A stretch of 64,000 bases of DNA, from positions 30,333-94,332 of the forward strand of contig DATKUA010000037.1 of NCBI GenBank assembly GCA_035530855.1. The letters are read 5' to 3'. The position numbers and the translations under genes were made by a program. This stretch comes from Acidobacteriota bacterium (lineage in GTDB: Bacteria; Acidobacteriota; DATKUA01). This document shows, in pieces, positions 17,651-27,810 of the stretch (its first letter is position 1; every line of letters begins with the position of its first letter). The notes under the pieces are model-generated. The model was not told where the DNA came from and ran no database searches. It saw only the letters and a list, made by a program, of their open reading frames with translations.

Positions 17651-19336
17651 TCACTCAGGCATCATGGGAATCTTAACGCCGCGCTCCCTGGCAGTTCTTA
17701 TCGCCACTTGGTATCCGGCGTCCACGTGTCTCATCACCCCGGTGCCCGGATCGGTGGTGAGGACCCTCTCCAGTCTTTTGGCTGCTTCAGGAGTGCCGTC
17801 AGCGACAATTACCATGCCTGCATGAATGGACTTACCCATGCCCACGCCGCCGCCGTGATGAACGCTAACCCATGTTGCACCGCCGACAGCATTCAGCAAG
17901 GCATTGAGAATGGGCCAGTCAGCAACGGCATCGCTGCCGTCGCGCATTCCTTCGGTCTCCCTGTAGGGGCTTGCCACCGAACCCGAATCAAGATGGTCAC
18001 GCCCGATTACGATAGGAGCGCTGACCTTACCGGTCGCTACGAGCTCGTTGAATTTCAATCCCATTTTGGCGCGCTCACCGTAGCCAAGCCAGCAGATCCT
18101 GCACGGAAGTCCCTGAAACTTGACCTTCTCTCCGGCGAGCCTTATCCAGCGGCTGAGCGCCTCGTCTTCCGGGAAGGTTTCAAGCACGGCTTTGTCAGTC
18201 TCCGCGATATCCTTGGGGTCTCCACTCAAAGCCGCCCAGCGGAACGGTCCCTTGCCCTCGCAAAACAGCGGTCGGATGTACTCCAGAACAAATCCGGGGA
18301 AATCGAAGGCGTTCTCGACGCCTGCCTTTTTAGCTTGCCCGCGAATGTTGTTGCCATAGTCGAAGGTGATTGATCCCATTTTTTGCAGCTCGAGCATCGA
18401 AGTGACGTGTTCAGCGATTGTCCGCATCGACTCCTCGATGTAGGCGTCCGGGTCGCTCTTTCTCAGCTTTAGGGCTTCGGCATATGACATTCCGTTGGGT
18501 ACGTAGCCGTTGAGTTCATCGTGCGACGACGTCTGGTCGGTCAGGACTTCCGGCGTGATTCCGCGGCGGATCAACTCGCTGAGAAGATCAGCTGCGTTTC
18601 CCAGCCATCCAACGGAAACCGCTTCACCGGCTTCCTGGGCTCGCAGGGCTCGCTCAAGCGCTTTGTCGATGTCGCGCTCAATGTGGTCGAGATAACCGGT
18701 TTCCAGTCTCCGCTGAATCCTGTGCTCGTCAACCTCTGCAATCAACGCTGTTCCCAGGTTCATGGTGATAGACAGGGGCTGGGCTCCCCCCATCCCTCCG
18801 AGACCTCCACTGACCACCAGTTTTCCTCTAAGCGATCCGTCGAATTTACTTCTCGCCAGCTCGGCAAGCGTTTCATAAGTGCCCTGGAGGATTCCCTGAG
18901 TGCCGATGTAGATCCAACTGCCGGCCGTCATCTGGCCGAACATGATCAGGCCTTTCTTGTCGAGTTCTCTGAAGTGCTCCCAATTCGCCCAGTCGGGAAC
19001 CAGCAGCGAGTTAGCAATCAGGACTCTCGGAGCGTCGGGATGAGTGGTGAAGACTCCCACAGGCTTACCGCTCTGGACCAAGAGGGTTTCGTCATTACCA
19101 AGGTCGCGTAAAGATTTAATAATCGCGTCGTAGCATTCCCAATTACGGGCGGCTTTACCGCTGCCCCCGTAAACAATCAACTCGTCCGGATTCTCCCCTA
19201 CTTCGCGGTCGAGATTGTTCATCAGCATTCTCAGCGCCGCTTCCTGGCCCCAACCCTTGCAGCTTATCTCTGTTCCGCGCGGCGCTCGAATTTCGCGTTT
19301 TTCTGACATGGCAGGCCTCTTTCCTAAAGAATCCAA
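17651..19336 (-). CDS. hutU: Urocanate hydratase
   Basis: A 561-aa protein with '[16 protein letters not shown]', '[23 protein letters not shown]' and '[13 protein letters not shown]' (the NAD-binding GGxGGMGG motif). Confidence 0.92.
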   Translation of the reverse strand: MDSLGKRPAMSEKREIRAPRGTEISCKGWGQEAALRMLMNNLDREVGENPDELIVYGGSGKAARNWECYDAIIKSLRDLGNDETLLVQSGKPVGVFTTHPDAPRVLIANSLLVPDWANWEHFRELDKKGLIMFGQMTAGSWIYIGTQGILQGTYETLAELARSKFDGSLRGKLVVSGGLGGMGGAQPLSITMNLGTALIAEVDEHRIQRRLETGYLDHIERDIDKALERALRAQEAGEAVSVGWLGNAADLLSELIRRGITPEVLTDQTSSHDELNGYVPNGMSYAEALKLRKSDPDAYIEESMRTIAEHVTSMLELQKMGSITFDYGNNIRGQAKKAGVENAFDFPGFVLEYIRPLFCEGKGPFRWAALSGDPKDIAETDKAVLETFPEDEALSRWIRLAGEKVKFQGLPCRICWLGYGERAKMGLKFNELVATGKVSAPIVIGRDHLDSGSVASPYRETEGMRDGSDAVADWPILNALLNAVGGATWVSVHHGGGVGMGKSIHAGMVIVADGTPEAAKRLERVLTTDPGTGVMRHVDAGYQVAIRTARERGVKIPMMPE

Positions 19337-19445
19337 TCAAGATTAGCACTCGCAGGAAGGTTAAATCAATCAAACTCAAAGGAGTACACAGCCTACTCGT
19401 GAAGATTCCTTCATCATAATAACGGGGAAATAATCTCAGACGGTT

Positions 19446-21404
19446 CTAGGGATGTACCCTTTTACGGAAAGCATCGATATTGCTTAACCAGCTGTTGAGA
19501 ATCTCAACCTTGGTGAGACTTTCTTTAGATACCTCTGGAGTTTCGGGTGAAGTCAGGAGTTGTTGCAATTCAGCTATCTTGTCTGCAAATTCCTGATTTT
19601 CCGGATCAGCATCGAGCAATTTCCGGTAGATATTCAACGCCTCTCTGTAATGGCCCTGTTGCTCGTAAATCTCCGCAGAAGTTCGGGTTGGCGGAGCTAC
19701 AGACTCTTCATCCTCCGCGGCCTCTTCCACAACTACAACAGCAGGCTCTTCCAGCTCGACTTCATGGGCCGTCGCAAGATCCTCCAATTCCTCTTTACCC
19801 TCTACCCCTTCCAGTACAAAGTCATCGCCCAGCTCAAATTCCAGGTCAGCCTCACTTTCGAGCTCCTCACGGGTTTGCTCTTCGAGGCTTTCCTCCAACG
19901 TACCGACCTGTATACCCTCAGGAGATTGTCCCTCTTTGACGATACAACTTCGATCAAGTTGGAGCTCTTCGGCCGGGAATTCACTCAGCTCTTCTTCGCT
20001 TAGTTGATCCAGCTCGATCACTTCGATACCCGGCGCTTCGTCTAAGAATTCAACTGTAAGGGATTCTTCCGTAATCTCTTCGCTTCCCTCGTCGGCGACA
20101 ACAATCCCTTCCAAATCTCCAACTTCTTCTATTGCTTCTACCTCTACCTCTGCCTCTGCCTCAATCAACTCTCCTTCAGCGGTTGTTATCTCCAGCTCTT
20201 CTCCAGCATCATCACTCACAGGCGGCTTCGGCAGATCTTCTTCAGTTTCCGGAACATCTTGCATCACGATTTCTTCGAGATCCCCCCCGACCTCAATATC
20301 ATCAAGTTCCAGACGAGGTCCCTGATCGTGCTCGTCAACGATGATATCCGGCGTCTCTTCATCGCTTGTGATCCCCTCCTCCACAGTTAAAACTTCCTGC
20401 TCTTCGTCCACTAACTCCTGAACACCCTCCTCACCAATCTCTAATTCAGCCGGTAATGGTATCTCAACACCTTCTATTTCAAGAGACTCCATGCCCTCCT
20501 GCTCTGTCTGCAGGATTCTGTCTTTTTTCTGCTCCTCAAGCAGTTTTTCCGTCTCTATTTCTTCTATCTCCTCAAGTGCCCTAACCTCATCGGCTTCTGC
20601 AATTATGGCTTCCTGATCCGGCGGCTCATCCTCTTCTGTCTTTATATCGAACGTTTTGACCGGTTCCTCTTCCTCCAAGCTGGCTCTTCTTGCCGGCTCC
20701 TCCTCACCGCCGAGAGATAATTCCAATTCTATCTCTTCCTCCCCTTCTTCCCGGTCGAGATCGAGTGAATCATCCTCCTTCTTCGATCCGCTTAAATCGA
20801 TCGGTTGGGGAGTAGGTTCAGTCAAGAAAACAGGTTCCTCCTCCGGCTCCCCTAAATCCGGATCCAGTTCTTCTCCTTCTTCAATCCAATCCAATGTCGA
20901 GCGCTGTAATAATTCCTCTCGTTCTAAATTCAGTTCGCCCTCGCCTGACATATCGACCGATTCAGGCGATGAACTTTCGGGCTGGTCCATTTTCTTTAAC
21001 AACAACTCGACCTCTTGGTCGCCCGGCCGTTGTTCTTTTACTTTCAGGAAGTGCTCTCGTGCACGATCGAAATCGCCGCTCTTCATGTAAAGCTCGCCAA
21101 TATATTTATTTGCCGTCGGATTGTCCGGATTCTTGTCCAACAAATCCTGCAGTGTGCTTCTGGCTTCGTCGTAATTCTTGATTTCAATCAGGCATCGGGC
21201 CAAAGTTATCAGCGCCGGTGGGTAGTCAGTGTGGTGTTTCAGACCTTCCTTGCAGATATAAATCGCTTCGTCGTACATCCTGCTCTTACGATATTCTTCT
21301 GCAAGTGGTAGGAATTTCCGCGAAGTCGGGTCCGCTGCGTACTCGTCTGAGAGAGTTTCCAGGCGTGGTGATAATTCGATTTCAGGTTCGTTCTCTTCCG
21401 CCAT
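19446..21404 (-). CDS. TPR-repeat protein with TPR units at both ends and a ~450-aa polyacidic (E/D/L-rich) low-complexity central region
   Basis: The N-terminal TPRs include 'YDEAIYICKEGLKHHTDYPPALITLARCLIEIKNYDEA'. The C-terminal TPR is 'AEIYEQQGHYREALNIYRKLLDADPEN'. The middle is dominated by E, D, L, I and V. Confidence 0.7.
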   Translation of the reverse strand: MAEENEPEIELSPRLETLSDEYAADPTSRKFLPLAEEYRKSRMYDEAIYICKEGLKHHTDYPPALITLARCLIEIKNYDEARSTLQDLLDKNPDNPTANKYIGELYMKSGDFDRAREHFLKVKEQRPGDQEVELLLKKMDQPESSSPESVDMSGEGELNLEREELLQRSTLDWIEEGEELDPDLGEPEEEPVFLTEPTPQPIDLSGSKKEDDSLDLDREEGEEEIELELSLGGEEEPARRASLEEEEPVKTFDIKTEEDEPPDQEAIIAEADEVRALEEIEEIETEKLLEEQKKDRILQTEQEGMESLEIEGVEIPLPAELEIGEEGVQELVDEEQEVLTVEEGITSDEETPDIIVDEHDQGPRLELDDIEVGGDLEEIVMQDVPETEEDLPKPPVSDDAGEELEITTAEGELIEAEAEVEVEAIEEVGDLEGIVVADEGSEEITEESLTVEFLDEAPGIEVIELDQLSEEELSEFPAEELQLDRSCIVKEGQSPEGIQVGTLEESLEEQTREELESEADLEFELGDDFVLEGVEGKEELEDLATAHEVELEEPAVVVVEEAAEDEESVAPPTRTSAEIYEQQGHYREALNIYRKLLDADPENQEFADKIAELQQLLTSPETPEVSKESLTKVEILNSWLSNIDAFRKRVHP

Positions 21405-21531
21405 CGCCTATCACTCCTTGATTTCTTATTTAAATTTTATATTTCCATTCTTCTGCAGTCAAATATTACTCCTAATTGCTTATAAGGGAGGGTTATTCCC
21501 CTCCCTTCAAAAGCATATGTTAACACTGGCC

Positions 21532-22932
21532 TCAGAAGGTTATCTTCATTACTTCGGTCGAACTGAGGCCGTTGGTATCGGTTACTATCAGTATGATCGT
21601 CAGCTCATCACCTGCAAGTGGCATATCGCCTGCTGAATCTCCGACAGTCAGGGTATTCGTTCTCTTGTCCGTCGAGACATCCTCTGTCACATCCACAGCC
21701 GGATTGCCTGCATTTGGGCTGTAGGTGACGGTCCAGGCATAGGTCAGCTCATCGCCGAAGGGAAGATCCGGATCATAGCTGTTCGCCGCCGAGAGGACGA
21801 ACACATTAACCCGGCCGGTTTCAGCTGTGCCAGAAATGAGGTTGATAACAGCCACAGGCGGTTTGTTAATCTTCACGGCAAGTGTGTCTCTGGTGTTGGC
21901 TGTCCTGGCCGTGAGTGTCGAATCATTCAAAATGTTCTGGACGAATGTTTCAGCCTCTCCATTGCTGTTAGTAATTACCTGATTCTGGGGGAAGTAGGCT
22001 CCTGAATCAGTAGACGAGAAAGTGACCTGGATGTTGGGAACCGGTTGTCCACCCGTTGTTTCCGACTTCACCGTGGCTCTTAACAGAATGGATGCATTGT
22101 TATTGATCAGCACCGGTTCTTTCAGAGTCGCGCCGTTTGTTCCGATGGCCTCCAGCGTGATCAACTTATCTTCTTCATTGGTAATTTCCACCAACTCCTT
22201 GGATTTCAAAGCGCCTGCCGTTGCCGAAATTGTTGCATCTCGTCCGATGTTGCGTATGAAGGTGCTCGCCTTGCCGTCGCCGTCGGTTTTCACTTTCTTA
22301 TTGTCGATCCGCGCGTTGCTGTCATTGCATGTGAACTCAACCCTGACATCGGAAAGCGGCTGGGCGCTCTTCGAAAGCACCGTTGCTTCCGCCTTCACCG
22401 TCAACGGAGCCGTTCCGCTCTCCGGATCAATCTTGAGAACGATGTCGCCGACGTCCTGGTCTTTCCTGACAAATTTGACATTTACGTTCGCTGAAGCCTC
22501 GTTGCCGAAGCGCGCGAGAATCGTAGCAACGACAGGCGTCTCATCGCTCAAGAGATAGAGCGAGGCCTGACCACCCGCTGTGTACACCTCGTAAGTCCTG
22601 GTCGGATTCTGGTCGTCAATCGGATCTATTCCGTTGAGGCTTAAATCGCCTGCATCGGCGGAAAAGCGAACCGGCAGATTATTGGGAGCCTGCTGCCCGC
22701 CCACGGTGCAGCTAGCGATGAGAAGAGTGGAGCTGATGCCGTCGGCAGGGATTTGACCGGGGTAAGCAGTGATGCTGACCGCCTTGGTTCCAGTGGGTGG
22801 TGGCTGGATCTTGGGTTGTGTCGGCGTCGGCGGATCATCAGGTGAGCATCCGCTGATCCCCGCGACCACAAGCATGGCCAGCATCAGAAGCAAGCTGTTC
22901 CTCGCACTGACTCTCATCTTATTTCCTCCCAA
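21532..22932 (-). CDS. Secreted lipoprotein with tandem bacterial Ig-like (Big) domains and a C-terminal PKD-like domain
   Basis: The lipobox is 'LVVAGISGC'. The body is β-rich and repetitive with T/S/N/V. The C-terminal 'NSYDPD...ELTYAWTV...TDTNGLSS' resembles PKD. It sits 63 nt downstream of the preceding lipoprotein gene on the pilQ strand. Confidence 0.6.
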   Translation of the reverse strand: MGGNKMRVSARNSLLLMLAMLVVAGISGCSPDDPPTPTQPKIQPPPTGTKAVSITAYPGQIPADGISSTLLIASCTVGGQQAPNNLPVRFSADAGDLSLNGIDPIDDQNPTRTYEVYTAGGQASLYLLSDETPVVATILARFGNEASANVNVKFVRKDQDVGDIVLKIDPESGTAPLTVKAEATVLSKSAQPLSDVRVEFTCNDSNARIDNKKVKTDGDGKASTFIRNIGRDATISATAGALKSKELVEITNEEDKLITLEAIGTNGATLKEPVLINNNASILLRATVKSETTGGQPVPNIQVTFSSTDSGAYFPQNQVITNSNGEAETFVQNILNDSTLTARTANTRDTLAVKINKPPVAVINLISGTAETGRVNVFVLSAANSYDPDLPFGDELTYAWTVTYSPNAGNPAVDVTEDVSTDKRTNTLTVGDSAGDMPLAGDELTIILIVTDTNGLSSTEVMKITF

Positions 22933-22995
22933 TCGGGAGCCGAGGCCCCCTATGCTCTCTCGGGCTGTTTGCCTCTATCGATCGATATAGCTTCG

Positions 22996-23547
22996 TCAAT
23001 CCGCCCAGTTGGTGAATTCGATTGAAATCTGACCTTTGGCGTACACGCGGTCGCCTTCGATCGTCTTCCCGTCGAATTCCACGATTACGTCGCATTTGAT
23101 GCTGATGTAATTTGTGCTGCGCTCGTAGCCATAGAAGATCAAGTCGCTGATGGGGAACTGACCCTTCATCGTTGCCGGTACGATCGCAAATCCTTCGATC
23201 GTCAGCACGCCCTGAGCAGGAACCTTGTACGATACCGCCGAGCGAAACGTCTGGGGCTTGTCGGACCCGCCGTCTATCCTGTTGAAGCTTACCGTGATCG
23301 ATTCGATGATCACGTCCGCCCATGTAAGGCTACTCAGGCCGCCCGGATTCTTGAGATCGCTGTTAAGCTCGATATCAATGGCGTCGCCTGGAATCGTACC
23401 GTTGGAGCTCATGGTGTCCCCAAACGGTTCTGATGCGGGATTGATCGAGGCCACCGTGAGGATTACCTGCCCCTTCTCTTCGCCGGAGCACGACACAAAG
23501 AGAGCTGCGGCTGCAAATATTGTCAGCAGTAATACCTTCCTCGTCAT
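22996..23547 (-). CDS. Small lipoprotein of unknown function (183 aa) immediately downstream of pilQ
   Basis: The signal and lipobox are 'LLLTIFAAAALFVSCSGE'. It starts 11 nt after the pilQ stop. I recognise no family. Confidence 0.5.
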   Translation of the reverse strand: MTRKVLLLTIFAAAALFVSCSGEEKGQVILTVASINPASEPFGDTMSSNGTIPGDAIDIELNSDLKNPGGLSSLTWADVIIESITVSFNRIDGGSDKPQTFRSAVSYKVPAQGVLTIEGFAIVPATMKGQFPISDLIFYGYERSTNYISIKCDVIVEFDGKTIEGDRVYAKGQISIEFTNWAD

Positions 23548-23558
23548 TGTAAAAGCCC

Positions 23559-26500
23559 CTAATTAATGATTTTCGGTGAGATGAAGATCAACAACTCGGT
23601 GTTCTGAATTCTTTCAAGCCGGTTTCGGAAGAGCCTGCCGATGAGCGGCAACTTACTGAGAAACGGCGTCCTCTCGTAGGTGAGGTTGTTGGAGATCTCC
23701 AGAACGCCTCCGATTACCGCTACGCCGCCGTCCTTGACCAGCACGGTGCTGGTGGCGGCGCGCTTCTGAATGGTGAAACCTGCTGCGGTGGCGATACCGA
23801 GCGAGCTCTTGTCGACTACCAGGTCGAGGATCACCGTGGAATCGGAGGTGATGTGCGGCGTGACTTCAAGCTTCAATGTCGCCTCACGCCACCTGATACC
23901 GACGGTGTTGTTCTGAACCACCTGGAATGGGACCTCGACACCGCTCTTGATCTCTGCCCGGGCGTTGTTTTGTGCGCTGATCCTCGGCCGGCTCAACACC
24001 CTAACCTTCTTCTCGCTCTCGGCTGCCGTAAGGATTACGTCGAGTATGAACGATCCGCTGATATTGGCGAACGATCCGACAATGGAACTGCTTACGGAGT
24101 TGGCAGGCAGGTTAACAGCGAACGGGACCAGACCCGCCCCCGACAAGTTAGCGCCGGCACCCGCAATCGTCACCTGGTTCGGAAACACGAGGCCCGTCGA
24201 AGAGCCGTATTCCGACGTCGCGGAGCCGCGGAAGCCGTATTGGAGGCCGAACTCGTTGATAAAGTCCCTGGTAGTCTCGACGATCCTGGCCTCTACGATA
24301 ACCTGCTTAGTCGGTATATCTAGCGCATCGATCAGCCTTAGATGTTCTTCAACCTTGGACGGGATGTCGGCAATGACAAGAGTGTTGGTTCGTTGATCGA
24401 CAACTACTTCGCCCTTGCTGCTCAGGTTACGCCGGATCAGATTTGCCAGAGCATCAGCTTTGGCATAGTTGATCGGCTTGGCTATATGGCGCAACGGCAC
24501 AGCCAGAGCCCTCTGTTCGATCAGATTGCGCCTCTCTTCCGCTTCAGTAGCTAACCTTGAGCGGCTGGCGATCCTGATAACATTACCCTCCTCGACCTTG
24601 CCGAGACCGTAGTAGTCGAGGATGATATCGAGCGCCTGATCCCATGGTAGATCGCGAAGGCTGATAGTGACGCTGACTGGCTGCACCGAGGGATCGACGA
24701 CGAAATTCTTGTCCGTCATCTGCCCAAGCAGCAAAACCAGAGCCCTGAGATTGATAGTCTCGAACTCGAGGCTCACGTTTTTTCCGTAGTATTGCCTTTC
24801 CGCGCTGGTGATCTCTTTGATCTGGAAGAAATCGCTGCTACCGGCCGTGCGTTCCTGCGGGCTTGAGATTTCTTTCTGTCTAGGTTCCTTGGACGAAAAT
24901 GTCTTCGGTTTGCTGGCGGCCGGACGTTCAACCTTGCTTGGCTGAAGATTGTCAGGATACTGATTGTTGAAAAGGCTGAGATTTTCGCTTATCGGCTCCT
25001 CCGTGCTTCCAGAGTTGTCAGTTGGAGTCTCAACATGGGTAACGGTCGGTTCATTAATTTCGGAGGGTTCTTCCCGGATAGCTTCTTCAACGGGGGCTGT
25101 GGAATCGTTGACCATCTTTGCTTCTTCGGCCGGAGCTTGCCCGTTGCTCCCCTCTAGGTTCTCTACTTCAGGAATTGTTTCAGTCTCAGCCTCGGTTGTA
25201 ACGCTATTTTCAGGAGATCGCGATTCAGAGAGCTGCTTCTCCTCAGCTACTTCTGCTACCGGCGAGATTTCCTCATCGTCGGCCTGAGTTTCAATCGCAT
25301 CTTCTTCCGGTTCAGCAGTGATCGATTCCTCCTGGGCTTCAATCTCCGGCGCCTGCGCTTCAGCTTCAGTTTCCGGAGTGGGCTCAGTTTCAATGATTTC
25401 TGCTACCGTTTCCATCTCCGTAGCGAGTTCAATGGGCTCTACCTCAATTTCCTCATCCTCCTGCGCCTGCTCATCAACCACGCTCTCGGGGACTTCCGGC
25501 GCAGGATCGTCTTCTCCGGCTACGGCCTTGGCAACGTCCGTGAGTTCTGCTTCAGCTAAATTCGGCTCGACAACCGGTTCTTCAGTTTCACTGACCGCTT
25601 CAGCTAGCTCTTCCTTGGCCTCGACCTGCGGCTCGACTGCGTCGCCGAAGAGCAGCACGAGGTCGTTACCCCTTTCCAGGACTGCCGGCTGCGAACCATC
25701 AATCAGATCGAGCACGACACGGCTGATCGGATATGGATCGACAGCGAACTGCGCCGAGCGCACTGAACTAAAGAATTGCGAGCCGGTTGCGTCACTCTTG
25801 CGCGCAAGCAGGTTGGACGCGCCGTGGAAATCAACTACGAATCGAGGCGGTTTTCCAACCGGCACGACTCGATACAATTCTCTGTCAATCGGACGGTCAA
25901 ACGAGATGATCACAGCGGAATCGTCTGCTTTTTCGCGCACGGCAAGGTTGACCATGTTGTAGTGAACCACGGGATTTAGGCGGTATTTCAGCGCAGCATC
26001 CGTTACAGCGTCATCCACCTCAGCCTGGCTCCCGCCGCCGTTCTTTTCCACGCCACCCGCGTTTTTCGCGATCTCTACCTCTTCAACTTCCGTTTCCGCT
26101 TTATCCAGTTCATTTCCACTCTCAGTATCCACAGGCTCCGAATCGGCCTCCATCGGATCATTCTCTGCTACTTGTTCAATACCTCGCCCGTCCGCGACAT
26201 CGTAGAATTCAACAAAAAGCCTTCGACCTTTAGGCGTGATCTTGTATTTCTTATCTGGATAATGTCGGATAGAAATAGCCGTGACTTCCTCGGCAGCCGG
26301 CGTCAGCCTGTTGCTTACTTTTATACTGTCGATCGAATTAGATCCGATTGTAATACCGGGAGCGATGGCGCTGATATCAGCCTTTTCCGTCTCGATGACG
26401 AGAGTCGTCTGCCCTTCGGAATATGCTTTGTATGTGAACGGAAGATTGGCCCTGATAACCAATCTGCTGCTGTTGGTGCTCTCCAGATACTGCAGATCAA

Positions 26501-26618
26501 CTATTCGCAGCGCCAGCTCAGAGTCGCTTTCCCCCAAGGGAGCAGCTATAACCGGTGATAATGCCGCCAGTAAAACTGCGACAGTGAGCGTTACCCTGAT
26601 GAACATAGCACCCTCCAT
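23559..26618 (-). CDS. pilQ: Type IV pilus secretin PilQ (AMIN, AMIN, long acidic linker, N0/N1, secretin)
   Basis: The C-terminal secretin domain is 'VLSRPRISAQNNARAEIKSGVEVPF...ERTPFLSKLPLIGRLFRNRLERIQNTELLIFISPKII'. Two AMIN-like β-domains lie near the N-terminus. The total length is 1019 aa. Confidence 0.88.
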   Translation of the reverse strand: MEGAMFIRVTLTVAVLLAALSPVIAAPLGESDSELALRIVDLQYLESTNSSRLVIRANLPFTYKAYSEGQTTLVIETEKADISAIAPGITIGSNSIDSIKVSNRLTPAAEEVTAISIRHYPDKKYKITPKGRRLFVEFYDVADGRGIEQVAENDPMEADSEPVDTESGNELDKAETEVEEVEIAKNAGGVEKNGGGSQAEVDDAVTDAALKYRLNPVVHYNMVNLAVREKADDSAVIISFDRPIDRELYRVVPVGKPPRFVVDFHGASNLLARKSDATGSQFFSSVRSAQFAVDPYPISRVVLDLIDGSQPAVLERGNDLVLLFGDAVEPQVEAKEELAEAVSETEEPVVEPNLAEAELTDVAKAVAGEDDPAPEVPESVVDEQAQEDEEIEVEPIELATEMETVAEIIETEPTPETEAEAQAPEIEAQEESITAEPEEDAIETQADDEEISPVAEVAEEKQLSESRSPENSVTTEAETETIPEVENLEGSNGQAPAEEAKMVNDSTAPVEEAIREEPSEINEPTVTHVETPTDNSGSTEEPISENLSLFNNQYPDNLQPSKVERPAASKPKTFSSKEPRQKEISSPQERTAGSSDFFQIKEITSAERQYYGKNVSLEFETINLRALVLLLGQMTDKNFVVDPSVQPVSVTISLRDLPWDQALDIILDYYGLGKVEEGNVIRIASRSRLATEAEERRNLIEQRALAVPLRHIAKPINYAKADALANLIRRNLSSKGEVVVDQRTNTLVIADIPSKVEEHLRLIDALDIPTKQVIVEARIVETTRDFINEFGLQYGFRGSATSEYGSSTGLVFPNQVTIAGAGANLSGAGLVPFAVNLPANSVSSSIVGSFANISGSFILDVILTAAESEKKVRVLSRPRISAQNNARAEIKSGVEVPFQVVQNNTVGIRWREATLKLEVTPHITSDSTVILDLVVDKSSLGIATAAGFTIQKRAATSTVLVKDGGVAVIGGVLEISNNLTYERTPFLSKLPLIGRLFRNRLERIQNTELLIFISPKIIN

Positions 26619-27175
26619 TATTGGCGCATCCTGACCGTCAACGGTTCGTATTTAACGTCCGGCTGGCCGCTTACCTTAGGTCCCACACGCTCCAGCTTCT
26701 GCAAGAACTTGACGTACTTGCCGTCAAAGCTGATCTCAACTATCCGCCCGTCGTACGCTTCGTCTCCTACCGCAACGATGAACAACTTGTTGTCCGGGGC
26801 ACGAAACATTGAGGTCACTTTCGTGCTTTCCTTCCAGATCGCCATCAGCGTCAGTTGATTGATGTCATACCTGCCGAAACCCGACTGCGGGCGCGGTTTT
26901 TCGCTGATCTCGTAAGTTGCCGCGGTACTCTGCTGCTGACGCTGAGCCCTGATAAAGGGATCCTGGCGTTTCGTGGTGTCGGAGAGAACCTGCAGCACAA
27001 ACCGCTCGATCTGCTTTGCCGATTTCAGCTCCGCAGGTCTGCGGATCTGCTTCTTTGCCGTCTCTTGTGCAGATACCGGCGCGGCCAGCAGCAAGACAAG
27101 GCAAACCGAAAGCGCTGCCGCCAGGAAGGCAAAAATTAAGCTCTTCGAGGCTTCTCCCGTGTGCATACGCATCAT
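26618..27175 (-). CDS. pilP: Type IV pilus assembly lipoprotein/periplasmic protein PilP
   Basis: It has a signal/TM segment, 'DPFIRAQ', and a C-terminal β-domain 'KLFIVAVGDEAYDGRIVEISFDGKYVKFLQKLE'. Its position between pilO and pilQ fits PilP. Confidence 0.65.
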   Translation of the reverse strand: MMRMHTGEASKSLIFAFLAAALSVCLVLLLAAPVSAQETAKKQIRRPAELKSAKQIERFVLQVLSDTTKRQDPFIRAQRQQQSTAATYEISEKPRPQSGFGRYDINQLTLMAIWKESTKVTSMFRAPDNKLFIVAVGDEAYDGRIVEISFDGKYVKFLQKLERVGPKVSGQPDVKYEPLTVRMRQ

Positions 27176-27810
27176 TCGCCCTCCTCCTCGAGCTCTCCCT
27201 CTTCCTCGGGCCGGTAGACATATGAGGCTATCTTGAAACTGGCTGTCACGGGATAGCGGTCACCCTGCATCTTCGATTCCGCGGTGCGCGTCAACTGAAG
27301 ATCGTAAATGTGTACGACCAGGTCCTTGCGTACCAGGCCATCGAAAAAGCGCATGAAATCAAGCGTTCTGCCTCGCGTCTCAAGGCTGACCACTCTCTCG
27401 AAATACTGGTCGTGTTCAGTTGTGTCGCTAGCCCTGTAGCTGTCGAGCACGATGTCGTAATCGCGAGCTATCTCCTCGATGAAGCGTTTTACGCGGACAT
27501 CGTCCTTCTCCGAGGGGAACACTTTCTCCAACAGCACAAGGTCTGTCCGGATCTGCTCGATCTCGAACTCCAGCTCTTCCTTGCGGCTTTCTTCGGGTTT
27601 GTACTTACGGATCTCGTCGCGGATGTTGTTGAGCCGGCTCTCCATATTCCTGACTTCCTCGACCTCGGCCGAATAGATGAACTGGTAGAAGACCCAACCC
27701 AGCACGGCGCAAAGACCCGCTACGATCAGTAACTGTCCCCAATACGGGAGTTCCTGCAAGTTCATGCTAGCCTCCCGCCTCGCCCTCGGCGCTCCCCTGC
27801 CCCTCCTCAC
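27172..27810 (-). CDS. pilO: Type IV pilus assembly protein PilO
   Basis: It has a single N-terminal TM ('YWGQLLIVAGLCAVLGWVFYQFIY'), a coiled coil, and a C-terminal PilO fold. It overlaps pilP and pilN at their junctions. Confidence 0.75.
   Translation of the reverse strand: MRRGRGAPRARREASMNLQELPYWGQLLIVAGLCAVLGWVFYQFIYSAEVEEVRNMESRLNNIRDEIRKYKPEESRKEELEFEIEQIRTDLVLLEKVFPSEKDDVRVKRFIEEIARDYDIVLDSYRASDTTEHDQYFERVVSLETRGRTLDFMRFFDGLVRKDLVVHIYDLQLTRTAESKMQGDRYPVTASFKIASYVYRPEEEGELEEEGE

Noticed and set aside
19547-21421. Multiple + strand ORFs (60-147 aa) opposite the acidic TPR gene
   Set aside because: They are artefacts of low-complexity repeats. Their products are Pro/Leu/Ser-rich with no start signals.
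21484-21507. 9-bp G-rich hairpin AAGGGAGGG/CCCTCCCTT after the Ig-like lipoprotein gene, considered as a terminator
   Set aside because: There is no U-run on either strand after the stem. It may be structural or regulatory, but not a classic intrinsic terminator.
24964-25962. Ser/Ala/Thr-rich ORFs (107 and 214 aa) on the + strand inside pilQ
   Set aside because: They are antisense to the polyacidic GAA/GAG-rich coding region of pilQ. The composition is the mirror image of the acidic linker and no independent signals exist.
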